NCBI GenBank assembly: GCA_016841185.1
Contig: JAENZQ010000013.1
Location: 6,341-70,340, forward strand
Direction: 5' to 3'
DNA length: 64,000 nucleotides
Source: Anaerovorax odorimutans
GTDB lineage: Bacteria; Bacillota; Clostridia; Peptostreptococcales; JAAYPU01
The notes beneath the pieces were generated by a model. It searched no databases. It was not told the DNA's origin and saw only the letters and a list, made by a program, of their open reading frames with translations. Below, piece after piece: positions 9,311 to 17,987 of the stretch (position 1 is its first letter; every line of letters begins with the position of its first letter). The position numbers and the translations under genes are program-made.

Positions 9311-9738
9311 ATGCCCAGAATCAGTAGAGCAAGAAGCGAAGGAGATATATTCACCAAAACCCAATTAAAGCAGGAATAATAGAGGATATAAAGGATTATA
9401 AATGGAGCAGCTATAACGAATACATAGGAAAGCCTGAAAACAGAATAACGGACACTGATCTATTAGAAATGCTTTCAAAAAACAAAAAAGAAGCAATAAA
9501 AGAGTTCATTGAGTTTCATAAAGAGATTGAAGACGAGACCTATCTGGAAGACAAGGAAGAAGAAAAAGAAAATGAAGAAAAGAAAGCCTGGACCCTTATT
9601 CAAGACAAGATCAGTGAATCAGGATCAGTAAATAAAACAGAGCTTGCAGAATTGATACTAAAGAATACCAAATTATCACACAGGAAAATCGCAGAAATGT
9701 TGGAGATCAACAGAGGGGTAGTGCAAAGGATAGGATAG
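9311..9738 (+). pseudogene. Remnant of an IS200/RAYT-like Y1 (HUH) transposase with an internal out-of-frame deletion
   Basis: MPRISRARSE (ATG 9311) switches frame at about 9343 into RYIHQNPIKAGIIEDIKDYKWSSYNEYIG...KLSHRKIAEMLEINRGVVQRIG. The segment that should carry the HUH motif is missing. The tracked ORF 9469-9738 is only the C-terminal part. Confidence 0.7.
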
Positions 9739-9881
9739 GAAAAGAAAGGAAATGAATCATAAATATTTTGAGTATAAGCTTATGAATTCAAGATAGGCAA
9801 AGAAAATAGGTTGGCATTTGATGATGCCGGCCTTTTGAATTGGCTTTTTCTTAAATCGACATTGCATTATGGGTTTTTGGA

Positions 9882-9926
9882 ATATACGAACTTTATAAAA
9901 AAAGAAATTGAATAACATTCGCAATT
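9882..9926 (+). promoter_or_regulatory. Possible PurR operator (pair of inverted PurBox-like sequences)
   Basis: ATATACGAACTTT (9882-9894) and the reverse complement of AACATTCGCAATT (9914-9926) compare with the recalled PurBox AWWWCCGAACWWT. The second box is poorer. The spacer is 19 nt, against 16-17 nt in Bacillus. Confidence 0.25.
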
Positions 9927-9960
9927 AAGCAAATTATTTTAAGTATTTCTATGAAATATA

Positions 9961-9989
9961 TTGATATTTCATAGGGAAAAATGTAAAAT
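9961..9989 (+). promoter_or_regulatory. Sigma-A-type promoter candidate for the xpt/nucleoside-transporter operon
   Basis: TTGATA (9961-9966), a 17-nt spacer, TAAAAT (9984-9989). A 10-bp palindrome CTATGAAATA/TATTTCATAG (9948-9973) overlaps the -35. Confidence 0.4.
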
Positions 9990-10025
9990 GAGTGTATTGT
10001 TACATATGTCGAAAGGATGATTTTT

Positions 10026-10610
10026 TTGGAGCTTCTTAAAAGACGAATTCTAACGGAAGGAAGAGTTGAAGGCAAGGATGTCGTAAAGGTAGATTCTTTT
10101 TTAAACCATCAGATGGACGTGGTTTTGTTAAATGAAATCGGGAAGGAGTTCCAATCAAGGTTTGTAAACCAAACTGTTACAAAAATATTAACCATTGAAG
10201 CCTCCGGGATAGGAGTTGCATGTATTACCGCTCAATATTTTAACGTTCCGGTTGTTTTCGCAAAAAAAATGGAATCCAGAAATCTGGACAAGGAAGTATT
10301 TGAAAGCAAAGTCACTTCTTATACCAAAGGGATCGAATACGGCATCAAAGTGTCTAAAAGGTACCTTGGACCGGAGGATCATGTTCTGATCATTGATGAT
10401 TTTTTAGCAAACGGACAGGCTATTGCAGGTTTGAGAAATATTGTAAAACAGGCAGGTGCTCATTTGACGGGGGTAGGAATCGTCATTGAAAAAAGTTTCC
10501 AAAATGGCGGAAAAGTTATTCGAGATGAAGGGATTCATCTTGAGTCTCTGGCCATTATAAAAGAAATAGAAAACAATAAAATTATTTTTAAAGAAGAGGG
10601 GAGAGAATAA
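10026..10610 (+). CDS. xpt: Xanthine phosphoribosyltransferase
   Basis: ELLKRRILTEGRVEGKDVVKVDSFLNHQMD matches the Xpt N-terminal pattern, and VLIIDDFLANGQA is the PRPP loop. TTG 10026 is better spaced from the AAAGGA RBS than ATG 10017. Confidence 0.85.
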   Translation: MELLKRRILTEGRVEGKDVVKVDSFLNHQMDVVLLNEIGKEFQSRFVNQTVTKILTIEASGIGVACITAQYFNVPVVFAKKMESRNLDKEVFESKVTSYTKGIEYGIKVSKRYLGPEDHVLIIDDFLANGQAIAGLRNIVKQAGAHLTGVGIVIEKSFQNGGKVIRDEGIHLESLAIIKEIENNKIIFKEEGRE

Positions 10611-10611
10611 A

Positions 10612-11727
10612 ATGAAAAAGTTTTTAACCATTAGTATGATTTTGATGCTTGTTTTTACCATGGTGCTCAGTGGATGCGGCGGTTCCGAAGCACCGGATAC
10701 TTCAGAAGATGCATCAGGTGATGTTGCAGAGAATTCTGTTAAAGTTGGTTTTATTTACATAGGGCCTGTTGGTGACTGCGGCTACACATATGCACATGAT
10801 TTAGGACGACAGTATCTTGAAGATCAATTGGGAGTTGAAACCATCTATCAGGAAAATGTAGCAGAATCACAGCAGGATGTTGAAACTGCCGTAAAGAATA
10901 TGATCGATCAGGGTGCAAATGTTATTTTTGGGACAAGTTTTGGGTATATGGAGCCTATGGCTCAATTATCACCGGAATATCCGGATGTTGCTTTCATGCA
11001 CTGCTCAGGATATATGACTACTGATAATATGGGTAATTATTTTGGAGCAATGGAAGAAGCTCGATATCTGTCTGGAATTGTTGCAGGAATGAAAACTGAA
11101 AGTAATGAAATAGGCTATGTAGCAGCTTATCCTATACCTGAAGTCATCAGAGGTATCAATGCATTTTCTTTAGGGGTCCAATCTGTTAATCCGGATGCAG
11201 TTGTTAATGTTACATGGACAAATACCTGGTATGATCCCGCCAAAGAAAAAGAAGCTGCAAAAGCTCTTTTGGATCAGGGGTGTGATGTTATTACACAACA
11301 TCAGGACACTACAGGACCTCAAATTGCAGCAGCCGAAAAGGGTGCTACGGCAATCGGATATAATACCGACACCAGCGAATTGGTACCGGATGCATTTATG
11401 ACAGCACCTATCTGGAATTGGGGACCGTATTATGTTGAGCAGGTTCAGGAAGTCATAGATGGTACATGGGCACCGGAAAGCTATTATGGCGGAATGACAG
11501 ACGGAATTGTTGAATTGGCACCATTGACCGATTTAGCTCCGGAAGGTGCTCAAGAAGCAGTAGATGAAGCACAAGCTAAGATAATCGACGGAAGTTTTAA
11601 TATCTTTACCGGACCAATTTATGGACAGGATGGACAGATTCAGGTTGAAGAGGGTCAAACACTTACATTGGATGAGTTGTTGTCAATGGATTGGTTTGTA
11701 GAAGGCGTAAAAGGTAGCATTCAATAA
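10612..11727 (+). CDS. BMP-family (PnrA/NupN-like) nucleoside-binding lipoprotein of an ABC transporter
   Basis: 371 aa with a signal peptide and lipobox (VLSGCGG). The layout is BMP-family, and the gene is followed by an ATPase and two permeases. Confidence 0.85.
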   Translation: MKKFLTISMILMLVFTMVLSGCGGSEAPDTSEDASGDVAENSVKVGFIYIGPVGDCGYTYAHDLGRQYLEDQLGVETIYQENVAESQQDVETAVKNMIDQGANVIFGTSFGYMEPMAQLSPEYPDVAFMHCSGYMTTDNMGNYFGAMEEARYLSGIVAGMKTESNEIGYVAAYPIPEVIRGINAFSLGVQSVNPDAVVNVTWTNTWYDPAKEKEAAKALLDQGCDVITQHQDTTGPQIAAAEKGATAIGYNTDTSELVPDAFMTAPIWNWGPYYVEQVQEVIDGTWAPESYYGGMTDGIVELAPLTDLAPEGAQEAVDEAQAKIIDGSFNIFTGPIYGQDGQIQVEEGQTLTLDELLSMDWFVEGVKGSIQ

Positions 11728-11742
11728 TTCAGGAGGCTTGTA

Positions 11743-13263
11743 ATGCAGACGAAAATCGCAGTTGAAATGAGAAACATTTCAAAGGGCTTCGGGCCGATAA
11801 TGGCTAACGAGGATGTGAATTTTAACGTGCGCTATGGAGAAGTGCATGCGCTGCTTGGTGAAAACGGTGCAGGCAAGAGCACTTTGATGAATATGCTGTC
11901 AGGGATATATAGCCCTGACAGCGGTTCTATTTTTGTACACGGAAAAGAAGTCCGTTTCACTTCGCCCAAAGAGCCTATTCAAATGGGAATCGGAATGATT
12001 CACCAGCATTTTAAATTGATTGATATATTCACCGCCTTAGAAAATATTATTCTGGGCGAAAAAGGAAATTTTCTGATTGAAAAGGATAAAATCACAGACG
12101 AAATCAGAGAGATCTCCGAAAAATTTGGATTAGGAATACAGCAGAATAAGAAAGTATATGATATGTCAGTAGGAGAAAAGCAGACGTTAGAAATCATAAA
12201 AGTCCTTTTTAGAGGAGCCAATATACTTATCCTGGATGAACCGACAGCGGTTCTTACGCCTCAGGAAATCAAAAAGCTCTTTGAAATAATAAATAATATG
12301 AAAACTGCAGGTTGTGCTGTTATCATCATTACCCATAAACTCAATGAAGTCAAGGAAATAAGTGATCGTGTAACGGTGCTCAGGAAAGGACGATCCATTG
12401 CTACTTTTGAAACAGCAAAGACCTCTATTCAAGAGCTGACAGAAAAAATGGTAGGGAAAAGCATTGATCTGTCAATAAAAAAGGCCGAATCAACACAAAA
12501 AAAAGAAATCCTTAAGGTTAAAGATCTGACAGTGGTCAACAAAGAGAAGATTCAGGCACTTCAGGGCGTCAGTTTCAGTCTTAAAGGCGGAGAAATATTA
12601 GGAGTTGCCGGGATTGCAGGAAGCGGACAGAAAGAACTGTGTGAGACTATTGCAGGATTAAGTTCAGCGGAGAGCGGAAGAATTATTTTCGAAGATGAGA
12701 ATATATTGGGAAAATCTCCAAGAGAAATCATAAGACTGGGTATACGGATGGGCTTTATTCCTGAGGACAGATTGGGCATGGGACTGGTTGCCTCCATGGA
12801 TATTGTACACAATCTCATACTAAAAGATTATCAGGGCCAAAAAGGAATATTTTTGAAAAGAAAACACATTGTCGAGAAAGCGGAAAAAATTGTCAAACGA
12901 CTTGATATAGATACGCCGTCTATTTATCATCCTGTAAGAAAATTGTCCGGCGGAAATATACAAAAAGTTCTCCTGGGGAGAGAAATCGATTCGGATCCAA
13001 AGGTCCTTATTACGGCTTATCCGGTGAGAGGATTGGATATAGGCGCATCATTTAAAATATATGATCTGCTGAATGAACAGAAAAAAAACGGTGTGGGAAT
13101 ACTTTTTATTGGTGAAGATCTGGATATTCTCATCGATTTATGTGACAGAATTCTTGTTCTTTGTGATGGAAAAGTTACCGGGATATTGGATACTAAAGAT
13201 GTAAGTAAAGAAGATATAGGGTTATTGATGGCAGGAGAGAACATCTTACGGCAGGAGGCATAA
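11743..13263 (+). CDS. ABC transporter ATP-binding protein (duplicated ATPase, sugar/nucleoside type)
   Basis: 506 aa. First cassette: Walker A GENGAGKST and Walker B ILILDEPT. Second cassette: GIAGSGQKE and signature LSGGNIQK. Confidence 0.9.
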   Translation: MQTKIAVEMRNISKGFGPIMANEDVNFNVRYGEVHALLGENGAGKSTLMNMLSGIYSPDSGSIFVHGKEVRFTSPKEPIQMGIGMIHQHFKLIDIFTALENIILGEKGNFLIEKDKITDEIREISEKFGLGIQQNKKVYDMSVGEKQTLEIIKVLFRGANILILDEPTAVLTPQEIKKLFEIINNMKTAGCAVIIITHKLNEVKEISDRVTVLRKGRSIATFETAKTSIQELTEKMVGKSIDLSIKKAESTQKKEILKVKDLTVVNKEKIQALQGVSFSLKGGEILGVAGIAGSGQKELCETIAGLSSAESGRIIFEDENILGKSPREIIRLGIRMGFIPEDRLGMGLVASMDIVHNLILKDYQGQKGIFLKRKHIVEKAEKIVKRLDIDTPSIYHPVRKLSGGNIQKVLLGREIDSDPKVLITAYPVRGLDIGASFKIYDLLNEQKKNGVGILFIGEDLDILIDLCDRILVLCDGKVTGILDTKDVSKEDIGLLMAGENILRQEA

Positions 13264-13265
13264 GC

Positions 13266-14357
13266 ATGCTGAAGTTAACAAAGCGTAATGATTTAAGTAA
13301 GAGACAAATTTTGAAAGTAAGAATAACGGCAATTGCACTGGCAATCGCTTTATCAGGCTTATTTATTGCTATCCTTGGTTATAACCCGTTCAAAGTATTT
13401 ATGAGTATGATTTTTGGTGCCGTAGGAACCAAAATGAGAATCGAACAGACTATTACCATTACGATACCATTAGTTATTACTTCTTTAGGAATCTTGGTAG
13501 CTTTTAAGATGAAATTCTGGAACATAGGAGGAGAAGGACAGATTCTTATGGGAGGATTTGTGGCAAGCTATGCTGCTTTGAATTTTGCTTTTCTTCCCAA
13601 GCCCATTCTTTTATTGGTAATGGCTGTTTTCGGCATGATTGGCGGAGGTATATGGGCTTTTATTCCTGCCTTTTTTAAAATGAGGTTTGGCACCAATGAA
13701 ACGATCTTTACTTTAATGATGAACTACATTGCTTTAAAGTGGGTTACATATCTTCAATTCGGACCATGGAGAGATCCAAATGCATTGGGTTTTCCCAAAA
13801 TACCCCTTTTTAGTTCCAATGCAACCCTGCCGAAGCTTTTTGGTGTTCATATCGGATGGATTATTGCATTGGTTATGACGGCTGTGATTTTTGTTTTTAT
13901 GAATCATACCAAAAAAGGTTATGAGGTAGCTGTGGTTGGTGAAAGCGTTGATACGGCAAAATATGCCGGAATGAATATAAAAACAATCGTTATTTTTGCC
14001 ATGTTGATGAGCGGAGGTTTATGCGGCTTGACCGGTATGTTACAGGCTTCCGGTGTTGAACGGACGCTCTCTGTTACTCTTACAGGGGGGTACGGATTTA
14101 CAGCTATTATTACCACCTGGCTTTCCGGCCTTAGTGCACCTTTTATATTGTTAACTTCTTTTGCATTTGCGGTTTTGATTCAAGGCGGGAATTTTATTCA
14201 GACCGCTCTTCAGATTCCACAATCTGCAGCAGATATGATACAAGGAATGATTTTATTCTTTATTCTCGGAAGCGAATTTTTTATACAATACAGAATCCAA
14301 ATTAATAAAAAGACACAGGTAACAGAGGACAGAAATCAAATGAACAATGGACAATGA
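13266..14357 (+). CDS. ABC transporter permease (nucleoside/BMP system)
   Basis: 363 aa and polytopic. It is coupled to the ATPase gene by a 2-nt gap. The last ~7 codons (NQMNNGQ) are encoded by the ATGNACA heptamer repeat. Confidence 0.85.
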   Translation: MLKLTKRNDLSKRQILKVRITAIALAIALSGLFIAILGYNPFKVFMSMIFGAVGTKMRIEQTITITIPLVITSLGILVAFKMKFWNIGGEGQILMGGFVASYAALNFAFLPKPILLLVMAVFGMIGGGIWAFIPAFFKMRFGTNETIFTLMMNYIALKWVTYLQFGPWRDPNALGFPKIPLFSSNATLPKLFGVHIGWIIALVMTAVIFVFMNHTKKGYEVAVVGESVDTAKYAGMNIKTIVIFAMLMSGGLCGLTGMLQASGVERTLSVTLTGGYGFTAIITTWLSGLSAPFILLTSFAFAVLIQGGNFIQTALQIPQSAADMIQGMILFFILGSEFFIQYRIQINKKTQVTEDRNQMNNGQ

Positions 14358-14485
14358 ATAATGAACAATTAAGGAAAAAAATTTGCTTAAGTAAATTTTC
14401 CACCATAAATCTTAAATCTTAACTCATACTTATATTTGGCTCGGGCGCAGGCACAGAGACCAGCCCCTATCTGGAGGGAATCAAT
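14358..14485 (+). repeat. Modular intergenic repeat element (locus L1) between the two permease genes
   Basis: It shares AATGAATAATGAA (14353-14365) with 26238-26250. It shares the 18-nt AAATCTTAAATCTTAACT (14407-14424) exactly with 43446-43463. A central imperfect hairpin AAATTTGC ttaa GTAAATTT is present. Confidence 0.5.
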
Positions 14486-15415
14486 ATGGATATTTCTTTT
14501 TTTGCTGCGGCAGTTGTATCGGCGACACCCCTTTTATTTGCAACGCTTGGCGAAATCATAACAGAAAAAGCAGGAAATCTTAATCTTGGTGTTGAAGGCA
14601 TGATGCTCATGGGAGCAGTAATTGGTTTTTTTGTTGGTATGCTGACACAAAATCCAATTTTAGCTTTGTTAGGTGCAGCGGCAGCGGGAGGTATAGGTGC
14701 TTTGATTTTTGCATTTCTGACGGTTTCTCTGAGAGCAAACCAGGTTGTATCAGGGCTGGCACTGACTATTTTTGGCTCAGGTTTTTCAAGCTTTTTAGGA
14801 AACAAATTAATCGGTCAGGTTATGCCTGACAGCATAAAGAATTTTTTTAAACCAGTTCTTATTCCATTATTGTCCGATATACCGGTTTTAGGGCCTGTTT
14901 TTTTCAGGCAGGATGTTTTCGTTTATATGGGATTTTTATGTGTGATCATTTCAGGGCTTTATCTTTACAATACAAGAAAAGGTTTGAATCTTCGTGCGGT
15001 AGGAGAAAATACAGCCGCTGCAGATGCTTCCGGTATCAACATTAATTTATATAAGTATGTGCATATTGTTATGGGAGGTGTACTTTGCGGTTTGGGCGGT
15101 GCGTATTTATCCCTTGTTTATATACCTGCATGGCAGGACAATGTTACGGCAGGACGCGGTTGGATCGCGGTTGCTTTAGTTATATTTGCTTCATGGAATC
15201 CGTTTAAAGCGATTTTTGGCGCCTTTTTATTCGGGGGGTTGGATATTATTGGTTTTAGGCTGCAGAGTCACGATATTCATATTTCCCAATATTTAATCGA
15301 CATGCTTCCCTATGTGGCAACCATTGTTGCATTAATACTTAGTACAAATAAAAATAAAAGAGAAAACCATCCCCCAAAAGATTTAAGCATCCCGTATTTC
15401 AGGGAGGAAAGGTAA
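14486..15415 (+). CDS. ABC transporter permease (second permease of the nucleoside/BMP system)
   Basis: 309 aa, polytopic, with a GGAGGG RBS. Confidence 0.85.
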   Translation: MDISFFAAAVVSATPLLFATLGEIITEKAGNLNLGVEGMMLMGAVIGFFVGMLTQNPILALLGAAAAGGIGALIFAFLTVSLRANQVVSGLALTIFGSGFSSFLGNKLIGQVMPDSIKNFFKPVLIPLLSDIPVLGPVFFRQDVFVYMGFLCVIISGLYLYNTRKGLNLRAVGENTAAADASGININLYKYVHIVMGGVLCGLGGAYLSLVYIPAWQDNVTAGRGWIAVALVIFASWNPFKAIFGAFLFGGLDIIGFRLQSHDIHISQYLIDMLPYVATIVALILSTNKNKRENHPPKDLSIPYFREER

Positions 15416-15651
15416 TTCTAACAATTAAGATTTAAGAATTATGATTTAAGATATTATGAATGAATTTGCTGCTACAGCAAATTCTTTTTAATAGAATAAT
15501 GTCAGGAAACTATTCATAAGTGATAATTGGACACTTTGCGTTAGCAAAATTCACCATAATTGTCACTCGACTTTTGTATCTTAGAATTATTCAAATGTAG
15601 TAAAGAATATTAAAAGTTTTCTTAAGAGTTACAAGGACGAAAGTTGAGTCG
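15416..15651 (+). repeat. Modular intergenic repeat element (locus L2)
   Basis: ACAATTAAG is followed by TTAAGATTTAAG (15425-15436), the reverse complement of the CTTAAATCTTAA module. Hairpins GAATTTGCTG/CAGCAAATTC and TTTGC gtta GCAAA are present, plus the CACCATAAT word seen at other loci. Confidence 0.4.
15462..15489 (+). terminator. Intrinsic terminator of the xpt/ABC transporter operon
   Basis: Perfect 10-bp stem GAATTTGCTG cta CAGCAAATTC followed by TTTTT. Confidence 0.7.
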
Positions 15652-15855
15652 TTATTTAAATTCTTCTCTGTTTTGGTTTGATAGTTGCTTTTCTGCGGAT
15701 TCTACTAATTTTCTTGTAATCTGCCCCGTATGATAGGACGACATGTATCCCCAATCGATATGCCCGTGTTTTTTCCCCATTATTTCCTCTGCCATTTCCA
15801 TTTTGAATTTATTCAGTGCTTCTCTGGCTTCAGGAACGACCAGTCTTTTTGACAT
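15652..15855 (-). CDS. Alpha/beta-type small acid-soluble spore protein
   Basis: 67 aa. VPEAREALNKFKMEMAEE...GQITRKLVESAEKQL fits the alpha/beta SASP pattern. An AAAGGAGAG RBS is present. Confidence 0.85.
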   Translation of the reverse strand: MSKRLVVPEAREALNKFKMEMAEEIMGKKHGHIDWGYMSSYHTGQITRKLVESAEKQLSNQNREEFK

Positions 15856-15951
15856 GACATTTTCTCTCCTTTATATTCAAGTCTTCATTTTTCTATTTTA
15901 CACAGATATTAAACTGAAAATACATTAAATCAGAATGTATATATTGACAGC

Positions 15952-15983
15952 AAAGCACCCTGAGAAAATTTTCAGGGTGCTTT
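15952..15983. terminator. Bidirectional-terminator-like hairpin in a divergent intergenic region
   Basis: AAAGCACCCTGA gaaaattt TCAGGGTGCTTT has a perfect 12-bp stem with an A-tract on one side and a T-tract on the other. No gene ends here. Confidence 0.4.
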
Positions 15984-16188
15984 AAAAATATATAAATAGG
16001 GAGGTCTATAAATCCGAGATAGAGATGCCTTGTCTGATCCTTCTAAAAAAAATTATAGAGATGAATTGTTCAGGGAAGGTTAACTATTTGCTAAAAAGAA
16101 GTTAAATATTTAAGCGCCATCAGAGTTTCATATAGAATTTACATTTTTTTTATAAGGACTTAATATTCGACATTTAAAATGAAACCAG

Positions 16189-16791
16189 ATGGAAAGGATG
16201 GGATGGATATTGCTGGTCAATACACATGGCGAAATAGCAAACCTGATATTTAAACATCTGTCAAGAAATAATCATTGCCATCTCTCCCGTTTCAGCTTTA
16301 TTACAGGGAATATCAAACCGGACCTTGTGAAAGAGCTGAGAAAGGAGAGCCATTATTACGAAGATGCAATTTTTTACGTTCTGGATAAGGTTCAGCAACT
16401 GGAAGATTTAACGCTGACAAAAGAAGAATTTTCAACAGAGTTAGGCGTTATTTGTCATTTCTTATCTGATTTTTTCTGCAGATATCATCAAAAGGACTTT
16501 CAAAAAAAGAATATTGTTGATCATATTCTCTATGAAATGAATCTGCATTTTAAATTCAGTAAAATGCTAAAGAAAAACCTGGATATTATTTCCGGAAGAT
16601 ATGATTATCTGTATACCTCTGATTTAAAAAAAATGATTGTTGCTATGCACCAGGAATACGTGTCAGGCAAAAGTACTTATGAAGATGACATTTTGTATGC
16701 ACTTAAATGTACCTTAATGGTTAGCGGAAAGCTGGAATACGATTATAGATGTAAAAATCAAAAGTATTTTCAGGAATATGTTTACGCCTGA
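16189..16791 (+). CDS. Zinc-dependent phospholipase C-like family protein (tentative)
   Basis: 200 aa. THGEIA, KPD, SHYY and CHFLSDFFCRYH (H-x3-D-x5-H) resemble the zinc-ligand spacing of the PLC/P1-nuclease fold. Confidence 0.45.
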   Translation: MERMGWILLVNTHGEIANLIFKHLSRNNHCHLSRFSFITGNIKPDLVKELRKESHYYEDAIFYVLDKVQQLEDLTLTKEEFSTELGVICHFLSDFFCRYHQKDFQKKNIVDHILYEMNLHFKFSKMLKKNLDIISGRYDYLYTSDLKKMIVAMHQEYVSGKSTYEDDILYALKCTLMVSGKLEYDYRCKNQKYFQEYVYA

Positions 16792-16814
16792 ACTCTTATT
16801 AATTGAGGTGTTTT

Positions 16815-17951
16815 ATGAAAATAGCAATTTTTACAGACACTTATCTGCCGCAGGTGAATGGTGTCACCAATACATTGAATCGAATGGAGAAATATTTTAA
16901 TAAAAATCAAATCGAATATAAAATATTAGCTCCGGATTATAATATGAAAGAAAAGCCTGTAAATGTTGAAACATTTTACAGCATTAGATTTATACTATAC
17001 CCTGAGTGCCGGCTATCTATGGTTAGAAGCAGCCGTGTCAATGAAGTTCTGGATGAATTTAAACCGGATCTGGTTCATATGACGACGGAATTCAATATGG
17101 GCTGGGCCGGTATGACTTATGCGTTGAAAAGAGAAATTCCGAGTATTTCCACTTATACCACCAATTTCTCTCATTACCTTAAGTACTATAAGTTAGAGAT
17201 GCTTTCCAAGGCTTCATGGGATTATTTTAGATGGTTCCATAATCAAAACCAATTGACCTTATGCCCATCCGAGAATACCAAAAAGCTGTTAATAGGAAAA
17301 GGTGTCGAGCATGTAGGCGTCTGGGGGAGGGGAATTGACAGTTTTAGATTTTCACCGTCAAAAAGGAGTGCTTCCTTGAGGAAAAAATTCAATATTGCAG
17401 ATGAACATATCATGCTTTTGTATGTCGGAAGAATATCTTTGGAAAAAGATCTGGATATTTTATTAGAAGTTTACCGCCGGATCAGAAGAGAACAGGGAGA
17501 TCAAGTACGTCTGGTCATTACAGGTGACGGACCGATGCTGAATAAATACCGTTCTGAAAACAAAGATGTCGTTTTTACAGGGTATCTTCAAGGAGAAAAA
17601 TTATCCCAGCTATATGCATCGGCGGATATTTTTACTTTTCCTTCTTCATCAGAGACCTTAGGAAATGTCGTGCTGGAAGCGATGGCATCAGAGGTCCCCG
17701 TGGCCGGAGTAAATTCAGGAGGCGTTACAGAAAATATTATGGATCATCATAACGGCATACTATGTAAGCCAAGAAATGTAAAGGCATATTATCAAAGCTT
17801 AAAAAAGCTTATTGAAGATAGAGCATTCAGAAAGGAACTGGGCAAAAATGCAAGGCAGTATGCTCTTAAAAAAGATTGGGAAAATGTTTTTAAAAAGCTT
17901 GTTGATGATTACTTGGATGTCATAAAAAAAAGGAAGCAAATTGCTGCATAA
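16815..17951 (+). CDS. Glycosyltransferase family 4 (GT-B fold)
   Basis: MKIAIFTDTYLPQVNGV N-terminus, with FPSSSETLGNVVLEAMASEVPV (EX7E-type motif). A GAGGTG RBS precedes ATG 16815. Confidence 0.85.
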   Translation: MKIAIFTDTYLPQVNGVTNTLNRMEKYFNKNQIEYKILAPDYNMKEKPVNVETFYSIRFILYPECRLSMVRSSRVNEVLDEFKPDLVHMTTEFNMGWAGMTYALKREIPSISTYTTNFSHYLKYYKLEMLSKASWDYFRWFHNQNQLTLCPSENTKKLLIGKGVEHVGVWGRGIDSFRFSPSKRSASLRKKFNIADEHIMLLYVGRISLEKDLDILLEVYRRIRREQGDQVRLVITGDGPMLNKYRSENKDVVFTGYLQGEKLSQLYASADIFTFPSSSETLGNVVLEAMASEVPVAGVNSGGVTENIMDHHNGILCKPRNVKAYYQSLKKLIEDRAFRKELGKNARQYALKKDWENVFKKLVDDYLDVIKKRKQIAA

Positions 17952-17987
17952 ATCTCATTTGCGGCAAATATCCAAAATTTATTCGGA

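Noticed and set aside
9739-10025. Purine (guanine) riboswitch expected upstream of xpt.
   Set aside because: I could not locate the conserved three-way junction core or loop motifs by eye. Only an Infernal scan could settle this, so it is not reported as a feature.
11195-11401. 68-aa + strand ORF inside the BMP lipoprotein gene, and other short out-of-frame ORFs such as 30671-30889, 40575-40769 and 63766-63996.
   Set aside because: They are out of frame within strongly supported genes, with no RBS and no recognisable motifs.
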